Both the position numbers and the translations under genes were made by a program. From NCBI GenBank assembly GCA_977020255.1, contig CDROCS010000506.1:3596001-3660000 (forward strand): DNA of 64,000 bases. Reading direction: 5' to 3'. Positions within the stretch are counted from its first letter, which is position 1. The number at the start of each line of letters is the position of its first letter. Under the pieces are notes generated by a model. The model saw nothing but the letters and a program-made list of their open reading frames with translations. It did no database searches and had not been told where the DNA came from. This document shows positions 10,590-21,496 of the stretch, piece after piece. This DNA comes from Obrimoposthia wandeli. Taxonomy: Eukaryota.

Positions 10590-11573
10590 TTATTTTAAGC
10601 CAACTTCTTTGTAGTATTTAGCTGCGCCAGGGTGAACTGGTGCGCTAAGTGCTGCTGTCGCCATGTCTTCTTTAGTTAGCGATGCAAATGATGGGTGTAA
10701 ACGTTTAAATGTATTGAAGTTCTCGAATACAGCTTTAGTTACTTCATACACGATTTCGTCAGACATTGATTTTGGTGTAACGATTGTTGCGCGAGCACCA
10801 AATGTTACTGTGTCTTTCGGTGTACCAGTGTAAGTGCCACCAGGGATAACTACTTGGCTGTAGTAAGGGTTTTCATCAATTAGTTTTTCAACTGTTGCAT
10901 CGTTAACCGTTACAAGTACCGCGTCACACGTCGTTGTTGCTTCTTTGATTGAACCATTTGGGAAACCAGCGAAGAATACGAATGCGTCGATTTTGTTATC
11001 ACAAAGAGCTTGAGATTGTTCGTTTGCTTTAAGCTCTGATGTTAGTGAGAACGCGCTGTTATCCCAGTTGTAAGCTTTCATTACAACATCCATTGTGCTG
11101 CGTTGGCCTGAACCTGGGTTACCTACGTTTACACGTTTACCTTTAAGATCTTTAAAGTCTTTGATACCTGAATCTTTACGAGCAACAATTGTTAGTGCTT
11201 CAGCGTGAAGTGAGAATACTGCACGTAGGTCAGTGTAAGCACCTTGATTCTTGTATTGGTTTAAACCTTTGTAAGCATAAAACTGTTGATCAGATTGTGC
11301 TACACCGAAATCAAGTTCACCAGCACGCATTGTGTTGATGTTGTAAGCTGAACCACCAGTACTTTCTACTGAACAACGGATGTTGTGCTCTTTACGGTTG
11401 CGGTTTACAAATTTACAAATTGCACCACCGGCAGGATAATAAACCCCTGTAACACCACCAGTACCGATTGTAATAAAGTCACTTGTTTTCGCTGTTGCGA
11501 TACTTGGTGCAGCAGCTGCTACTGTCAAACCTGCGATAGCAAGTGATTTTGCAATTGTTTTTGTAATAGACAT
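10590..11573 (-). CDS. TAXI family TRAP solute-binding protein
   Basis: Signal peptide; ITIGTGGVTGVYYPAGGAIC, STGGSAYNI, KRVNVGNPGSG, HPGAAKYY. Confidence 0.93.
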   Translation of the reverse strand: MSITKTIAKSLAIAGLTVAAAAPSIATAKTSDFITIGTGGVTGVYYPAGGAICKFVNRNRKEHNIRCSVESTGGSAYNINTMRAGELDFGVAQSDQQFYAYKGLNQYKNQGAYTDLRAVFSLHAEALTIVARKDSGIKDFKDLKGKRVNVGNPGSGQRSTMDVVMKAYNWDNSAFSLTSELKANEQSQALCDNKIDAFVFFAGFPNGSIKEATTTCDAVLVTVNDATVEKLIDENPYYSQVVIPGGTYTGTPKDTVTFGARATIVTPKSMSDEIVYEVTKAVFENFNTFKRLHPSFASLTKEDMATAALSAPVHPGAAKYYKEVGLK

Positions 11574-11940
11574 GTTGTGTTCCTTTTAATAAGTCATTAG
11601 TCGCTTGTTTACTTCAGGGCATTCTGTGGCCATGAAATTGAATCCGTAAATTCAAGTGGGTGTATTTAATCAGCAAAAATAAATAATGCAATACTTATGA
11701 TACAGCAAAATAACCCATCATTATCTGTTTTGACCATACTTTGTGACACTGAATTAACATATAGTAAACATTATATGTTTTTGAAGAGATTTAAGCTAAA
11801 TTCTAGTACACACTGGGGTCTTAGATAGATTTTTTTGTATATAAATACATATTTGTAAATTTGAAATGGTAATTTTGGGATGGATATTATATTTTGTTAA
11901 ATGTTCATAACATAGGACAAATATTTACACTAATCGTTAA

Positions 11941-11962
11941 ATTCGTGAACTCCATCACTGAA
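11941..11962. promoter_or_regulatory. Candidate CRP site upstream of the TAXI-TRAP operon
   Basis: CGTGA-N6-TCACT, 8/10 match to TGTGA-N6-TCACA. Confidence 0.4.
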
Positions 11963-12025
11963 TAGGTTGGCTGTTTTGTGTTCGTTTCAAAGGATATTAC
12001 AGATATAAAGTATCAAATGTCATGG

Positions 12026-12979
12026 TTAAAAATCGAAAAAACACCTGAAAGCTTGCATTTTATAACGTGAAACAAGCGGATTATCGAGTCTAAATGTAAT
12101 TTCAGCCCCTTGTTGACGCTGTGATAATAGGCTGCAATCTATTGCTGAAATCACTCCTGCTTTCGGATAACCACCTATGGTTTGTCTGTCTTGAAGTAAT
12201 ATTATTGGTTGGCCATTGGCGGGTAGTTGCACGCTACCTAGCGCAATACCTTCTGAAGTTAATGTTGTCGGTAAATCAGTTATCATGTCACCTAGTAATT
12301 GGTAGCCCATCCGGTCTGCTTGTGTACTGACCTGATATTTATTCGATAGCAGTTGATGCTGCTGTTTGGATGTTAACAAGGACCATTGATAGCAAGGTAA
12401 TAAGCCTAAAGTTAGGGGCGTAGAGTAATTGGGAATATAATGTCGGGGAACAGTCACCTCTGATCGTAACTCAGTAGCTTTTTTCAGGTATTTAATGGTT
12501 GTTAATGATGCGGGTAAAAGTTGGCCTTGATATAATGGCGTGCTAGTCGCAAGGCTAAGTTCATCACGGATCACTGTGCTACGACTTTGGTAATCTGTTG
12601 CTGTTTGCAGGCCACCGAAAATGGCGAGATAGCCACATTTCCCTGTTTTTGCGCCGCGGTACTGGATAATATCACCAGATTTAACATGATGGGTTTGCCA
12701 ATTAAATGCCGGCTTATCATTAATCGTTACGCCAAACTCTGCACCACAAATAGCAATTTGCGTATCAACTAAGACTGTTAACGTCATTAATCCATAATGC
12801 ACTTCAATGCTGGCCATATTACTGTGGTTACCAAGTATTTTATTGGCCCAGAGATAGGCGTGAAGATCTGCTGGACCACCTGGCGTAATGCCTAAGTGTT
12901 GATAACCAAATCGGCCAAGATCTTGAATTAAGCTGTGGATCCCTGGTTTGATCACTTCAAATGCAGAAATGTGTTTCAT
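12026..12979 (-). CDS. pxpC: 5-oxoprolinase subunit C
   Basis: IQDLGRFG, ANKILGN, EGIALGSVQLP, DRQTIGGYPK. Confidence 0.92.
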   Translation of the reverse strand: MKHISAFEVIKPGIHSLIQDLGRFGYQHLGITPGGPADLHAYLWANKILGNHSNMASIEVHYGLMTLTVLVDTQIAICGAEFGVTINDKPAFNWQTHHVKSGDIIQYRGAKTGKCGYLAIFGGLQTATDYQSRSTVIRDELSLATSTPLYQGQLLPASLTTIKYLKKATELRSEVTVPRHYIPNYSTPLTLGLLPCYQWSLLTSKQQHQLLSNKYQVSTQADRMGYQLLGDMITDLPTTLTSEGIALGSVQLPANGQPIILLQDRQTIGGYPKAGVISAIDCSLLSQRQQGAEITFRLDNPLVSRYKMQAFRCFFDF

Positions 12980-13686
12980 TAAAAATTAGCCTTTTGTAAG
13001 TGCTTAGCTTGGTCTAGATGCTGGCATTGTTGAAAGTCATCTAGGGATATTGCTTCAAATTTCACTTGGCAACCAACTGTAAGACTGTCTATTGCCGCAG
13101 GGCTTTGTCCTATGATCTGCCAGCCACCGGGACTGCCTTTTGGGTAGATAGCGGTTTGATTATCTGCAATTCCAACACTGCCGGCCGGAACTTGCGCTCT
13201 TGGCGCTGTATGCCGAGGCATTTGAATACGTTCATCAACATTACCTAAGTAGCCAAAATTCGGCATAAAGCCAATAGCATAACAACTATATATAGTAGAA
13301 GAATGGATGTGGATTATGTCAGTAATCGATAATTTACTATGCTGTGATAATAACTCTAAATCTGGCGCCAGGCTTTGATGGTAACAAACCGCTATTGTGA
13401 TCGGTAATGTGGGAAAATCAGCAGCTTTTAAGTGAGCACTTAATACTTGTTTAACGTGAATATGAATTCGATTGATTAGCTGCTCAGGCTCTATTTTCAT
13501 GATATTAAAGCTAACGAGCAAGGTTTGGTATGAAGGGATGACATCTGTAACAGCTGCGTTTAAATCCGTTGCGTTAGTTAGCTTCTGATTTACGTTGTAG
13601 ATTACAGGTAATAGCTGGGCGTTATCTGCGTCTGTAAAACGGATCAGAATTGTATCATAACCAATCATCTCGAGATGGTATTGCAT
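12979..13686 (-). CDS. pxpB: 5-oxoprolinase subunit B
   Basis: IPSYQTLL, GFMPNFGYLG, VPAGSVGIA, YPKGSPGGWQIIG. Confidence 0.92.
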   Translation of the reverse strand: MQYHLEMIGYDTILIRFTDADNAQLLPVIYNVNQKLTNATDLNAAVTDVIPSYQTLLVSFNIMKIEPEQLINRIHIHVKQVLSAHLKAADFPTLPITIAVCYHQSLAPDLELLSQHSKLSITDIIHIHSSTIYSCYAIGFMPNFGYLGNVDERIQMPRHTAPRAQVPAGSVGIADNQTAIYPKGSPGGWQIIGQSPAAIDSLTVGCQVKFEAISLDDFQQCQHLDQAKHLQKANF

Positions 13687-13689
13687 CGC

Positions 13690-14430
13690 TCACCCCTTAG
13701 TGCCAGTAATCGCTGATTTTATTTGCGCGATAGCGGCAATAGATTGGGCATTATCACCATGCACACAAAGCGTATCAGCATTCAACTGGATTAACTTGCC
13801 GGTATTACTTGTTACAAAGCCTTGCTTAGCAATTTGTATAGCTTGATTAACAATTTGACTCTGTTGGGTAAAGACGGCATCAGCTTGGCGTCTATCTTGT
13901 AGTGATCCTGAATCTGTATAGCGACGATCGGCAAAAGCCTCGAACAGTAATGGCACCTCATATTGAGCGGCGAGGGCTTCACTGCGGCTATTATCTGCTT
14001 GTGCCATTAGCATGAGGGGTAAGTTAGGGCTAAATGCAGCTACGCCTTTAAGAATCGCGATTAATATTACTTCATCTTGCATCATATCGTTGTAAAGTGC
14101 GCCATGCGGTTTAACGTAACTGAGAGGAATGTTTTGTTGCTGGCAAAAAGCGGCGAGGGCACCGACTTGATAGAGTATTAAGGCTTGGATCTCATCTGCT
14201 GTACAGTGCATATGGCGACGGCCAAAGCCAACAAGGTCGGGATAACCGGGATGTGCACCAACAGCGACATTGTATTGCTTCGCCAGTGCGACAGTGTTCT
14301 GCATAATAAGCGGGTCAGAGGCATGAAAACCACAGGCTATATTCGCCATATCAATATGTGGCATCACAGCGTCATCCATTCCAAGTTGCCAATGACCAAA
14401 GCTTTCGCCCATATCACAGTTTAATTTCAT
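13690..14430 (-). CDS. pxpA: 5-oxoprolinase subunit A (LamB/YcsF family)
   Basis: LNCDMGESFG, ANIACGFHA, GAHPGYPD, KPHGALYN, DTLCVHGD. Confidence 0.95.
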   Translation of the reverse strand: MKLNCDMGESFGHWQLGMDDAVMPHIDMANIACGFHASDPLIMQNTVALAKQYNVAVGAHPGYPDLVGFGRRHMHCTADEIQALILYQVGALAAFCQQQNIPLSYVKPHGALYNDMMQDEVILIAILKGVAAFSPNLPLMLMAQADNSRSEALAAQYEVPLLFEAFADRRYTDSGSLQDRRQADAVFTQQSQIVNQAIQIAKQGFVTSNTGKLIQLNADTLCVHGDNAQSIAAIAQIKSAITGTKG

Positions 14431-14716
14431 TGGTTAATATCCTTATTAACAAACTCTTTCTATATATAGTGGGCAGTATTTAGTTATTGCAGCAATTAAT
14501 TATGATGGCAAGTATTTTATATGGATGAAGGATCTTATTGAGGAATTAATACAGCAATTAGCATAAACAACGGCAAAGTAGCAAAAATGACAAGAAGTAA
14601 CATAACGGCGGAAGAGGAAATTAGAGCAGAAATAAAAATCCCTAACAATGACGTTATCACGAGTTAGGGATTTAAGTTTTTAATTCATTAGTCAGTTAGT
14701 AAACTATTTTTTCAAA

Positions 14717-15460
14717 CTATCTGTTTGGCTGTGCTTTAAATGTTTTACCTGTTTCAGCAACACTGTCGTTACCCATTAAATACAGGTAAAGCGGCATAAT
14801 CTGTTCAGGGGTAAGCAGTACTTTCTCATCTTCACCAGGGAAGGCTTTAGCACGCATACCGGTACGCGTCGCGCCTGGATTGATACAGTTAGCACGTACA
14901 TTGGTGTTTTCAAATTCGTCAGCCAATGTTTGCATCATGCCTTCAGTGGCAAACTTTGAAATTGCATATTCAGCCCAGTAAGCACGGCCTTTCACGCCAA
15001 CACTCGATGAAGTGAAAATAATAGAGGCTTTGTCTGCTTTTTTAAGCACGGGTAATAGCGCACTGGTCATGAATAACTGAGCTTTAACATTAACCTGCAT
15101 GACTTCGTCGTAGCTCTTTTCATCAATTTGATGGAATGGACCTAATACGCCTAATTGACCTGCATTGTTCAATAAACCGTCTAGTTTACCGAATTGCGTA
15201 TCAATGGTGTCTGCCATGTCTTTATAGTTTTCAACCGTCGCGCCTTTCATATCAAGCGGAATAATCGCAGGTGTTGGCGCGCCGAGTGCTTCGATTTCAT
15301 CATAAACAGCTTCAAGTTTGGCAACTGTTTTACCGAGTAATATCACTGTCGCACCATGTGCTGCATAGGTTAATGCGGCTTGACGGCCAATACCGTCACC
15401 GGCACCAGTTACTAAAATAGTTTTGTTTTCTAATAGATTTTTTTCTGCTTGATAATCCAT
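14717..15460 (-). CDS. yciK: YciK-family short-chain oxidoreductase
   Basis: TGAGDGIG, YAISK, NPGATRTGMRAKAFPGE; divergent from sohB as in enterobacteria. Confidence 0.9.
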   Translation of the reverse strand: MDYQAEKNLLENKTILVTGAGDGIGRQAALTYAAHGATVILLGKTVAKLEAVYDEIEALGAPTPAIIPLDMKGATVENYKDMADTIDTQFGKLDGLLNNAGQLGVLGPFHQIDEKSYDEVMQVNVKAQLFMTSALLPVLKKADKASIIFTSSSVGVKGRAYWAEYAISKFATEGMMQTLADEFENTNVRANCINPGATRTGMRAKAFPGEDEKVLLTPEQIMPLYLYLMGNDSVAETGKTFKAQPNR

Positions 15461-15575
15461 TTTTTGGGTTCCATATCGACATATCTGACAATATTGTAAC
15501 CTGCAAAGCTTGTAGATGCGATGCTGTAAATGCTATAAAGAGCAAAAATAGATATAACCGACCGAGGATTAAGAT

Positions 15576-16655
15576 TTGGAATTTTTAAATGAATACGGTA
15601 TTTTTTTAGCGAAAACGCTAACATTCGTTTTGGCATTATTATTTGTAGTGGTCAGTATTATCAGTCTGACGTCTAAGCAAAAGAAGACTAATGGACGTTT
15701 AGAGATCACTAATTTATCAGAACAATTCAAAGATGTTGAAGATGAACTTCAGCTACACCTTGTATCTGAAGATGAAGCTAAGCTATTAGAAAAAGAACAA
15801 CACAAAGCAGAAAAGAAAAAACATAAAGCTGAGCTGAAAGCACTTAAAAAAGCACATAAAGAAAAAGCCAAAGAGAAAGACGAAACGACAGCAGAAGAGC
15901 TTGAATCTCGCTTATTTGTGCTCGACTTTACGGCTGGTATTGATGCTAAAGAAGTTGCCTCGCTGCGTGAAGAAATTACGGCTATTTTATTCGTCGCCAA
16001 CGAACGTGACGAAGTCTTAGTGCGTTTAGAAAGTGGTGGTGGTGTTGTGCATGGTTATGGCCTTGCAAGCTCACAGCTAGAACGCCTAAAACAAGCTAAT
16101 ATTAAGCTAACTGTCGCGGTTGATAAAGTTGCTGCCAGTGGTGGTTACATGATGGCATGTATTGCTGACCATATCATTGCTGCTCCGTTTGCGATTGTAG
16201 GTTCTATCGGTGTTGTCGCTCAAATTCCCAATTTCAATCGACTATTGAAAAAGAACAATATTGATGTTGAACAGCTTACCGCTGGTGAATTTAAGCGTAC
16301 GCTTACCATGTTTGGCGAGAATGATGAATCTGGACGTGAAAAATTCCAGCAAGAGCTTGAAGAAACGCACGTATTATTTAAAGATTTTGTCAGCGCTCAT
16401 CGTCCTGCAATGGATATTGAAAAAATAGCTACCGGTGAACATTGGTTTGGTACTCACGCACATGAACGTGGTTTAGTTGATACCTTACAAACCAGTGATG
16501 ATTACTTATTAAAAGCTAACAAGTCGCAAACTATTTATATCGTGAAATATGTAGTGCGTAAAAAATTAGCTGAAAAGCTCGCTCAAGCTGCATCAATGGC
16601 GATATCGACAAGCTTAAATAAGTTTTTACAGCAAAGTAAGTACCCACATTTATAA
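15576..16655 (+). CDS. sohB: S49 family protease SohB
   Basis: N-terminal anchor, LESGGGVVHGYGL, VDKVAASGGY, PFAIVGSIGV, ATGEHW. Confidence 0.95.
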   Translation: MEFLNEYGIFLAKTLTFVLALLFVVVSIISLTSKQKKTNGRLEITNLSEQFKDVEDELQLHLVSEDEAKLLEKEQHKAEKKKHKAELKALKKAHKEKAKEKDETTAEELESRLFVLDFTAGIDAKEVASLREEITAILFVANERDEVLVRLESGGGVVHGYGLASSQLERLKQANIKLTVAVDKVAASGGYMMACIADHIIAAPFAIVGSIGVVAQIPNFNRLLKKNNIDVEQLTAGEFKRTLTMFGENDESGREKFQQELEETHVLFKDFVSAHRPAMDIEKIATGEHWFGTHAHERGLVDTLQTSDDYLLKANKSQTIYIVKYVVRKKLAEKLAQAASMAISTSLNKFLQQSKYPHL

Positions 16656-16975
16656 AATTGTAAGTACTTCATTGCAAAAAATAGATTGATGTATAAAACT
16701 AATGTATTGATGACTGGCAGTTTATTTATTGGATTTTTATTTTTTTCTAGTGCTTTAATCTACATTTTAATGACCACCTTAGTGGTATGTTTTTGTATGA
16801 ATTCTAAGCATTAGAAAAATAATTAAAAAAATATTGACTACTATAAGTGTATTCAATGTATATATATAAATAGAACGCAGTTATTCAATATCACTTTTTA
16901 GTTATTATTAAGTGATTTGATATCAATAGCATTCATCAATTTCATATTATTCATAAATTAAAAGAATCCGTCTGT

Positions 16976-19702
16976 ATGGGAAGATCTCTAGTAATTGTGG
17001 AATCGCCAGCAAAAGCGAAGACCATCAATAAATACCTTGGCAAAGACTACATTGTTAAATCAAGTGTTGGTCACGTGCGTGATTTACCTACCAGTGGTGG
17101 CGCAGTCAAAAAAAGAGCGGGTGCACCGACTCTTGCTCAGCAAACTAAAGGCATGACGCCTGAAGCAAAAGCTGCATTTAAACAAAAACGCGACAAAAAA
17201 GCGTTATATTCTCGTATGGGCATAGACCCTGAAAATGACTGGGCAGCAACGTATCAGATCTTGCCTGGTAAAGAGAAAGTCGTCGCAGAGTTACAACAAT
17301 TAGCTGAAAAAGCAGACATTGTTTATCTCGCAACCGATTTAGACCGCGAGGGTGAAGCTATTGCATGGCACCTGCGGGAAATTATTGGTGGTGATGATTC
17401 GCGTTTTCAACGTGTGACGTTTAACGAAATTACTAAGACTGCGATCCAAGAAGCATTTGAAAAACCATCAGAATTGAACATTGATTGTGTTAATGCACAA
17501 CAAGCGCGTCGTTTCTTAGATCGTGTTGTTGGTTACATGGTGTCGCCGTTACTTTGGCAAAAGATTGCCCGTGGTTTATCTGCTGGACGCGTTCAGTCGG
17601 TAGCTGTGCGTTTAATCGTTGACAAAGAACGTGATATTAAAGCGTTTATCCCAGAAGAGTTTTGGGATATTAATACCGACTTAGTGACTTCACTTGGTGA
17701 AGCATTACGTGTTGAAGCGGTTAAATACGCTGGTGAAGCCTTTAAACCTGTTAATGAAGCGCAAGCGACTAAAGCGGTTACTGACTTACAAAATGCGAGT
17801 TATTCGTTATTAAAACGTGATGACAGAGCGACGAGCAGTAAACCAAAAGCTCCTTTTATTACGTCAACGCTACAGCAGGCTGCAAGTACGCGCCATAGCT
17901 ATGGTGTTAAACGTACGATGGGCTTAGCGCAACGTTTATATGAAGGTGGTTACATTACCTACATGCGTACCGACTCTACAAACTTGAGTAAAGATGCTGT
18001 AGAAAGTGCCCGCGGTTTCATTGAAACTAAATATGGTAAAGAGTATTTACCAGAAGAGCCGAATTTATACGGTTCTAAAAAAGGCGCACAAGAAGCCCAT
18101 GAAGCGATCCGACCTTCTGATGTAAATATTATGTCAGGTGATCTGAACGGCATGGATGATGATGCTAAAAAATTATATGAATTAATTTGGCGTCAGTTTG
18201 TTGCTTGCCAAATGGTACCTGCACAATACGATTCAACTAAATTGACCATTGCTGCTGGCGAGTATCAGCTTACCGCGAAGGGACGTACTATGCGTTTCCC
18301 TGGTTGGACTAAAGCATTGCCACCAATGAGCAAGAAGTCTGAAGATGAAAGTAATTTACCTGTACTTGAAGCCGGTGAAAAACTTGAGTTAATTGCGGTA
18401 GATCCACTACAACACTTTACTAAGCCGCCTGCGCGTTTTAATGAAGCGTCGTTGGTTAAAGAATTAGAAAAACGTGGCATTGGTCGTCCATCTACGTATG
18501 CGTCGATTATCACCACAATTCAAGACCGTGGTTATGTTAAATCTGAAAACCGTCGTTTCTTTGCTGAAAAAATGGGTGAGATCGTTACAGAGCGTCTAAC
18601 CGAAAGCTTTGAAGAATTGATGAACTTCGATTTCACAGCAAGTATGGAATCTCAACTTGATGGTGTTGCCGAAGGCAAGCTTAATTGGATTGATGTTCTG
18701 AATGAATTCTTTGGCGACTTCAAGAAACAGCTTGCGACAGCGGGAGCTGAAGTAGCTGAAGGCGGTATGCGTTCTAACGAAATGGTTATCACGGATATTG
18801 AATGTCCGACATGCCAACGTGAGATGGGTATCCGCACAGCGACAACAGGTGTATTCCTAGGTTGTGTTGGTTATAACTTGCCACCAAAAGAACGTTGTAA
18901 GAAAACGATTAACTTGGTGTCTGGTGAAGAAGCGATTGATCTGCTTAATGAGAATGCTGAAACTGAAGCGCTTATGGCAAAACGTCGCTGTCCTAAATGT
19001 AGCACCGCAATGGATAGCTACCTGATCGATGAAACGCGTAAACTGCACGTTTGTGGTAATAACCCTGAATGTACTGGTTACGAAGTCGAGAAAGGTGAAT
19101 TCAAACTAAAAGGCTATGATGGCCCTGTGGTTGAATGTGACCGTTGTATGAATGAGATGCAGCTTAAAAATGGCCGTTTCGGCAAATACATGGGCTGTAC
19201 TAACGAAGAATGTAAGAATACGCGTAAGATCCTGAAAAGTGGTGAAGTTGCGCCACCAAAAGAAGATCCTGTTTTCCTACCTGAATTGGAATGTGAAAAA
19301 TCGGATGCTTACTTTGTGTTACGTGACGGTGCTGCCGGTATTTTCTTAGCTGCGAATACTTTCCCTAAATCGCGTGAGACTCGTGCTCCGCTGATTGAAG
19401 AGCTAGTTCGCTTCAGAGATCGTATTTCAGAGAAGTTTTATTACTTAGCAGATGCGCCAGCGCAAGACCCTGCAGGCAATAAAGCCATCGTACGCTTCAG
19501 CCGTAAGACCAAAGAGCAATATGTAATGACCGAAGTGGAGAAGAAAGCCACTGGTTGGACTGCGCATTACATTGCTGGTAAATGGGTTGAAGAAGAGAAG
19601 AAAAAAGTAGTTAAAAAAGCAGTAGTTAAGAAAGTAGTTGAAAAAGTCGCTAAGAAAGCCGTTAAAAAAGTAGTGAAGAAAAAGCCTGCCACTGAAAAGT
19701 AG
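16976..19702 (+). CDS. topA: Type IA DNA topoisomerase I with Lys-rich C-terminal tail
   Basis: [13 protein letters not shown] toprim, [26 protein letters not shown], Cys zinc ribbons. Confidence 0.98.
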   Translation: MGRSLVIVESPAKAKTINKYLGKDYIVKSSVGHVRDLPTSGGAVKKRAGAPTLAQQTKGMTPEAKAAFKQKRDKKALYSRMGIDPENDWAATYQILPGKEKVVAELQQLAEKADIVYLATDLDREGEAIAWHLREIIGGDDSRFQRVTFNEITKTAIQEAFEKPSELNIDCVNAQQARRFLDRVVGYMVSPLLWQKIARGLSAGRVQSVAVRLIVDKERDIKAFIPEEFWDINTDLVTSLGEALRVEAVKYAGEAFKPVNEAQATKAVTDLQNASYSLLKRDDRATSSKPKAPFITSTLQQAASTRHSYGVKRTMGLAQRLYEGGYITYMRTDSTNLSKDAVESARGFIETKYGKEYLPEEPNLYGSKKGAQEAHEAIRPSDVNIMSGDLNGMDDDAKKLYELIWRQFVACQMVPAQYDSTKLTIAAGEYQLTAKGRTMRFPGWTKALPPMSKKSEDESNLPVLEAGEKLELIAVDPLQHFTKPPARFNEASLVKELEKRGIGRPSTYASIITTIQDRGYVKSENRRFFAEKMGEIVTERLTESFEELMNFDFTASMESQLDGVAEGKLNWIDVLNEFFGDFKKQLATAGAEVAEGGMRSNEMVITDIECPTCQREMGIRTATTGVFLGCVGYNLPPKERCKKTINLVSGEEAIDLLNENAETEALMAKRRCPKCSTAMDSYLIDETRKLHVCGNNPECTGYEVEKGEFKLKGYDGPVVECDRCMNEMQLKNGRFGKYMGCTNEECKNTRKILKSGEVAPPKEDPVFLPELECEKSDAYFVLRDGAAGIFLAANTFPKSRETRAPLIEELVRFRDRISEKFYYLADAPAQDPAGNKAIVRFSRKTKEQYVMTEVEKKATGWTAHYIAGKWVEEEKKKVVKKAVVKKVVEKVAKKAVKKVVKKKPATEK

Positions 19703-19756
19703 TTCGCTTATTTGATCTGCGCTTACGCTATGCCGTCTTAGACGTTATCAGCTTAT

Positions 19757-19787
19757 AAAATACCTCAGCTTGCTGGGGTATTTTTTT
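19757..19787 (+). terminator. Intrinsic terminator of topA
   Basis: AAAATACCTCAGC-TT-GCTGGGGTATTTT plus T-run. Confidence 0.85.
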
Positions 19788-19794
19788 GCCTGAC

Positions 19795-19833
19795 AATTAT
19801 GGGGTGTAATTATGAGAGGTTATTATGGAAGAT
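19795..19833. repeat. Three degenerate 13-bp tandem units
   Basis: AATTATGGGGTGT / AATTATGAGAGGT / TATTATGGAAGAT. Confidence 0.6.
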
Positions 19834-20461
19834 TAGTACCTTATTGTAAGTTTCGTGACCAAGGTCTAAATACTGTTGATATTATGTTACCTATATATAG
19901 TAATAACAAACATTGTTAAAAGTTAATACTATTCTAATCTTAACATTAGCCCCTAACCCTAAATAAATATCTTAAATTCAATTTAAATTGAAACCTATTG
20001 GAACTTTTAGTTGTTTTGCGGTTCTTACTCATTAGAAAAGCAAATATATGTGATCAGCAGAACAAATCGAAATTGGTGTCGCTGTAATGAAACAGTCATA
20101 AATGCTGTTTTTTTAAACATTTAGTTTGCAATAAAACCTTTCAATCAGTGTTTAAACTCTTAATTGTCAAGTATTTTGTTCTTGTCATACCTTTTTATGT
20201 GCCCGCGATCTTACTTTTGACCTCTTCTTGATTTTCCTTATAGTTTTCATGAAATTATTATGACTATAATCTATACCAAGTTTTAAGCGTAGTTGTTAAC
20301 CCTTCATTCATTTGAATTACTTCAGGTGAAATATTAGATTAAACGACTATTTGTTAGAATACATTAACTCTTGGTTTAGCCAATCATTACCAGATAGAAT
20401 AATCTCAGCGAGATATTCAAGTAATGAATGAGTTAACTTATAAATCATAAAGGATTTCAAA

Positions 20462-21454
20462 ATGAAAAAGACTATTCTTGCTACTGCAATTTTACTAGCT
20501 GGCGCTGCAAACGCTGCTGAAGTTTACAGCAACGATGACACAACTATCTCTCTAGGTGGTTCTTTCCGTGGTAACGTTGTTATTGCTGATTCTGATAACG
20601 TTAAATTCCAAGATGCTGGCTCACGTTTCGATATTAAAGCAGTTAAAGATATTGAAGATGGTCTTAAAGCTTTTGGTCATTTAGAAGTTAAATATCGCAG
20701 CGATGGCGATACGCTATATATGCAAAAAGCGATTGTTGGTCTAGAGCATGACGTATACGGTACTGCAACTCTAGGTAAACAAATGGGTCTGAATGATGAC
20801 TTAGTTATGAATGATTTCTCTTATGAGAACGGTGTTTATAACGAAGATAATACTTTATTTGGTTCTGATTCTGAAGACCAACTGAAATATACTAAATCAT
20901 TCGGTGGCGCTACAGTAGTTGTTTCATTAATGGACCAAGATACTTATGCTATCGGTGGTACATATGAAGTTGCAGGCCTAACGCTTGGTGGTTCTTACAA
21001 TATTGCAAATGACCGTACTGTTACAACAACAACAACTTCGCATACGCACCTTACTCCTGGTTCGGCTCCTACAGAAACTAAGACCAAGACTTCAGTAACA
21101 ACTGACAACTCTACTTATATCGTAGGTGCTCAATACTCACTTGACGCATTAACATTAGGTGTTCAATATCAAGCAAGTGAAGTTGGTAGCGAAGATTTCT
21201 CTGCATACGGTCTAGGTGCTCATTACCAATTAGGTCAAGCTGGTCTATACGCTATGTATGATGTACTAGATGGTAAATTTGATGATGCTGTACTTAAAGG
21301 CGACGGTTCTATCATCGTTCTAGGTGCTGACTATGAACTAGTTAAAGACGTTAAAGCATACGTAGAATTCGATTCAAGTGACTTTGATGTAGATGGTTCT
21401 GCTTCATCTGACTCTGATGAAAAAGTTACAATTGGTGCTCGTGTATACTTCTAA
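20462..21454 (+). CDS. General outer-membrane porin (OmpU/OmpC-like superfamily)
   Basis: Signal peptide ending ANA-AEVY, amphipathic strands, GSRF motif, C-terminal IGARVYF; strongly biased codon usage. Confidence 0.9.
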   Translation: MKKTILATAILLAGAANAAEVYSNDDTTISLGGSFRGNVVIADSDNVKFQDAGSRFDIKAVKDIEDGLKAFGHLEVKYRSDGDTLYMQKAIVGLEHDVYGTATLGKQMGLNDDLVMNDFSYENGVYNEDNTLFGSDSEDQLKYTKSFGGATVVVSLMDQDTYAIGGTYEVAGLTLGGSYNIANDRTVTTTTTSHTHLTPGSAPTETKTKTSVTTDNSTYIVGAQYSLDALTLGVQYQASEVGSEDFSAYGLGAHYQLGQAGLYAMYDVLDGKFDDAVLKGDGSIIVLGADYELVKDVKAYVEFDSSDFDVDGSASSDSDEKVTIGARVYF

Positions 21455-21496
21455 TCAACCTTGTTGATTCGTTGCTATAAACAACACTGATTAATG

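Noticed and set aside
20049-20064. CRP site upstream of the porin (TGTGA-N6-GAACA)
   Set aside because: Second half site is only 3/5; not enough support
20277-20461. c-di-GMP-I riboswitch in the porin leader
   Set aside because: No GGCAAACC / GAAA-tetraloop / receptor pattern; reported only as a generic structured leader
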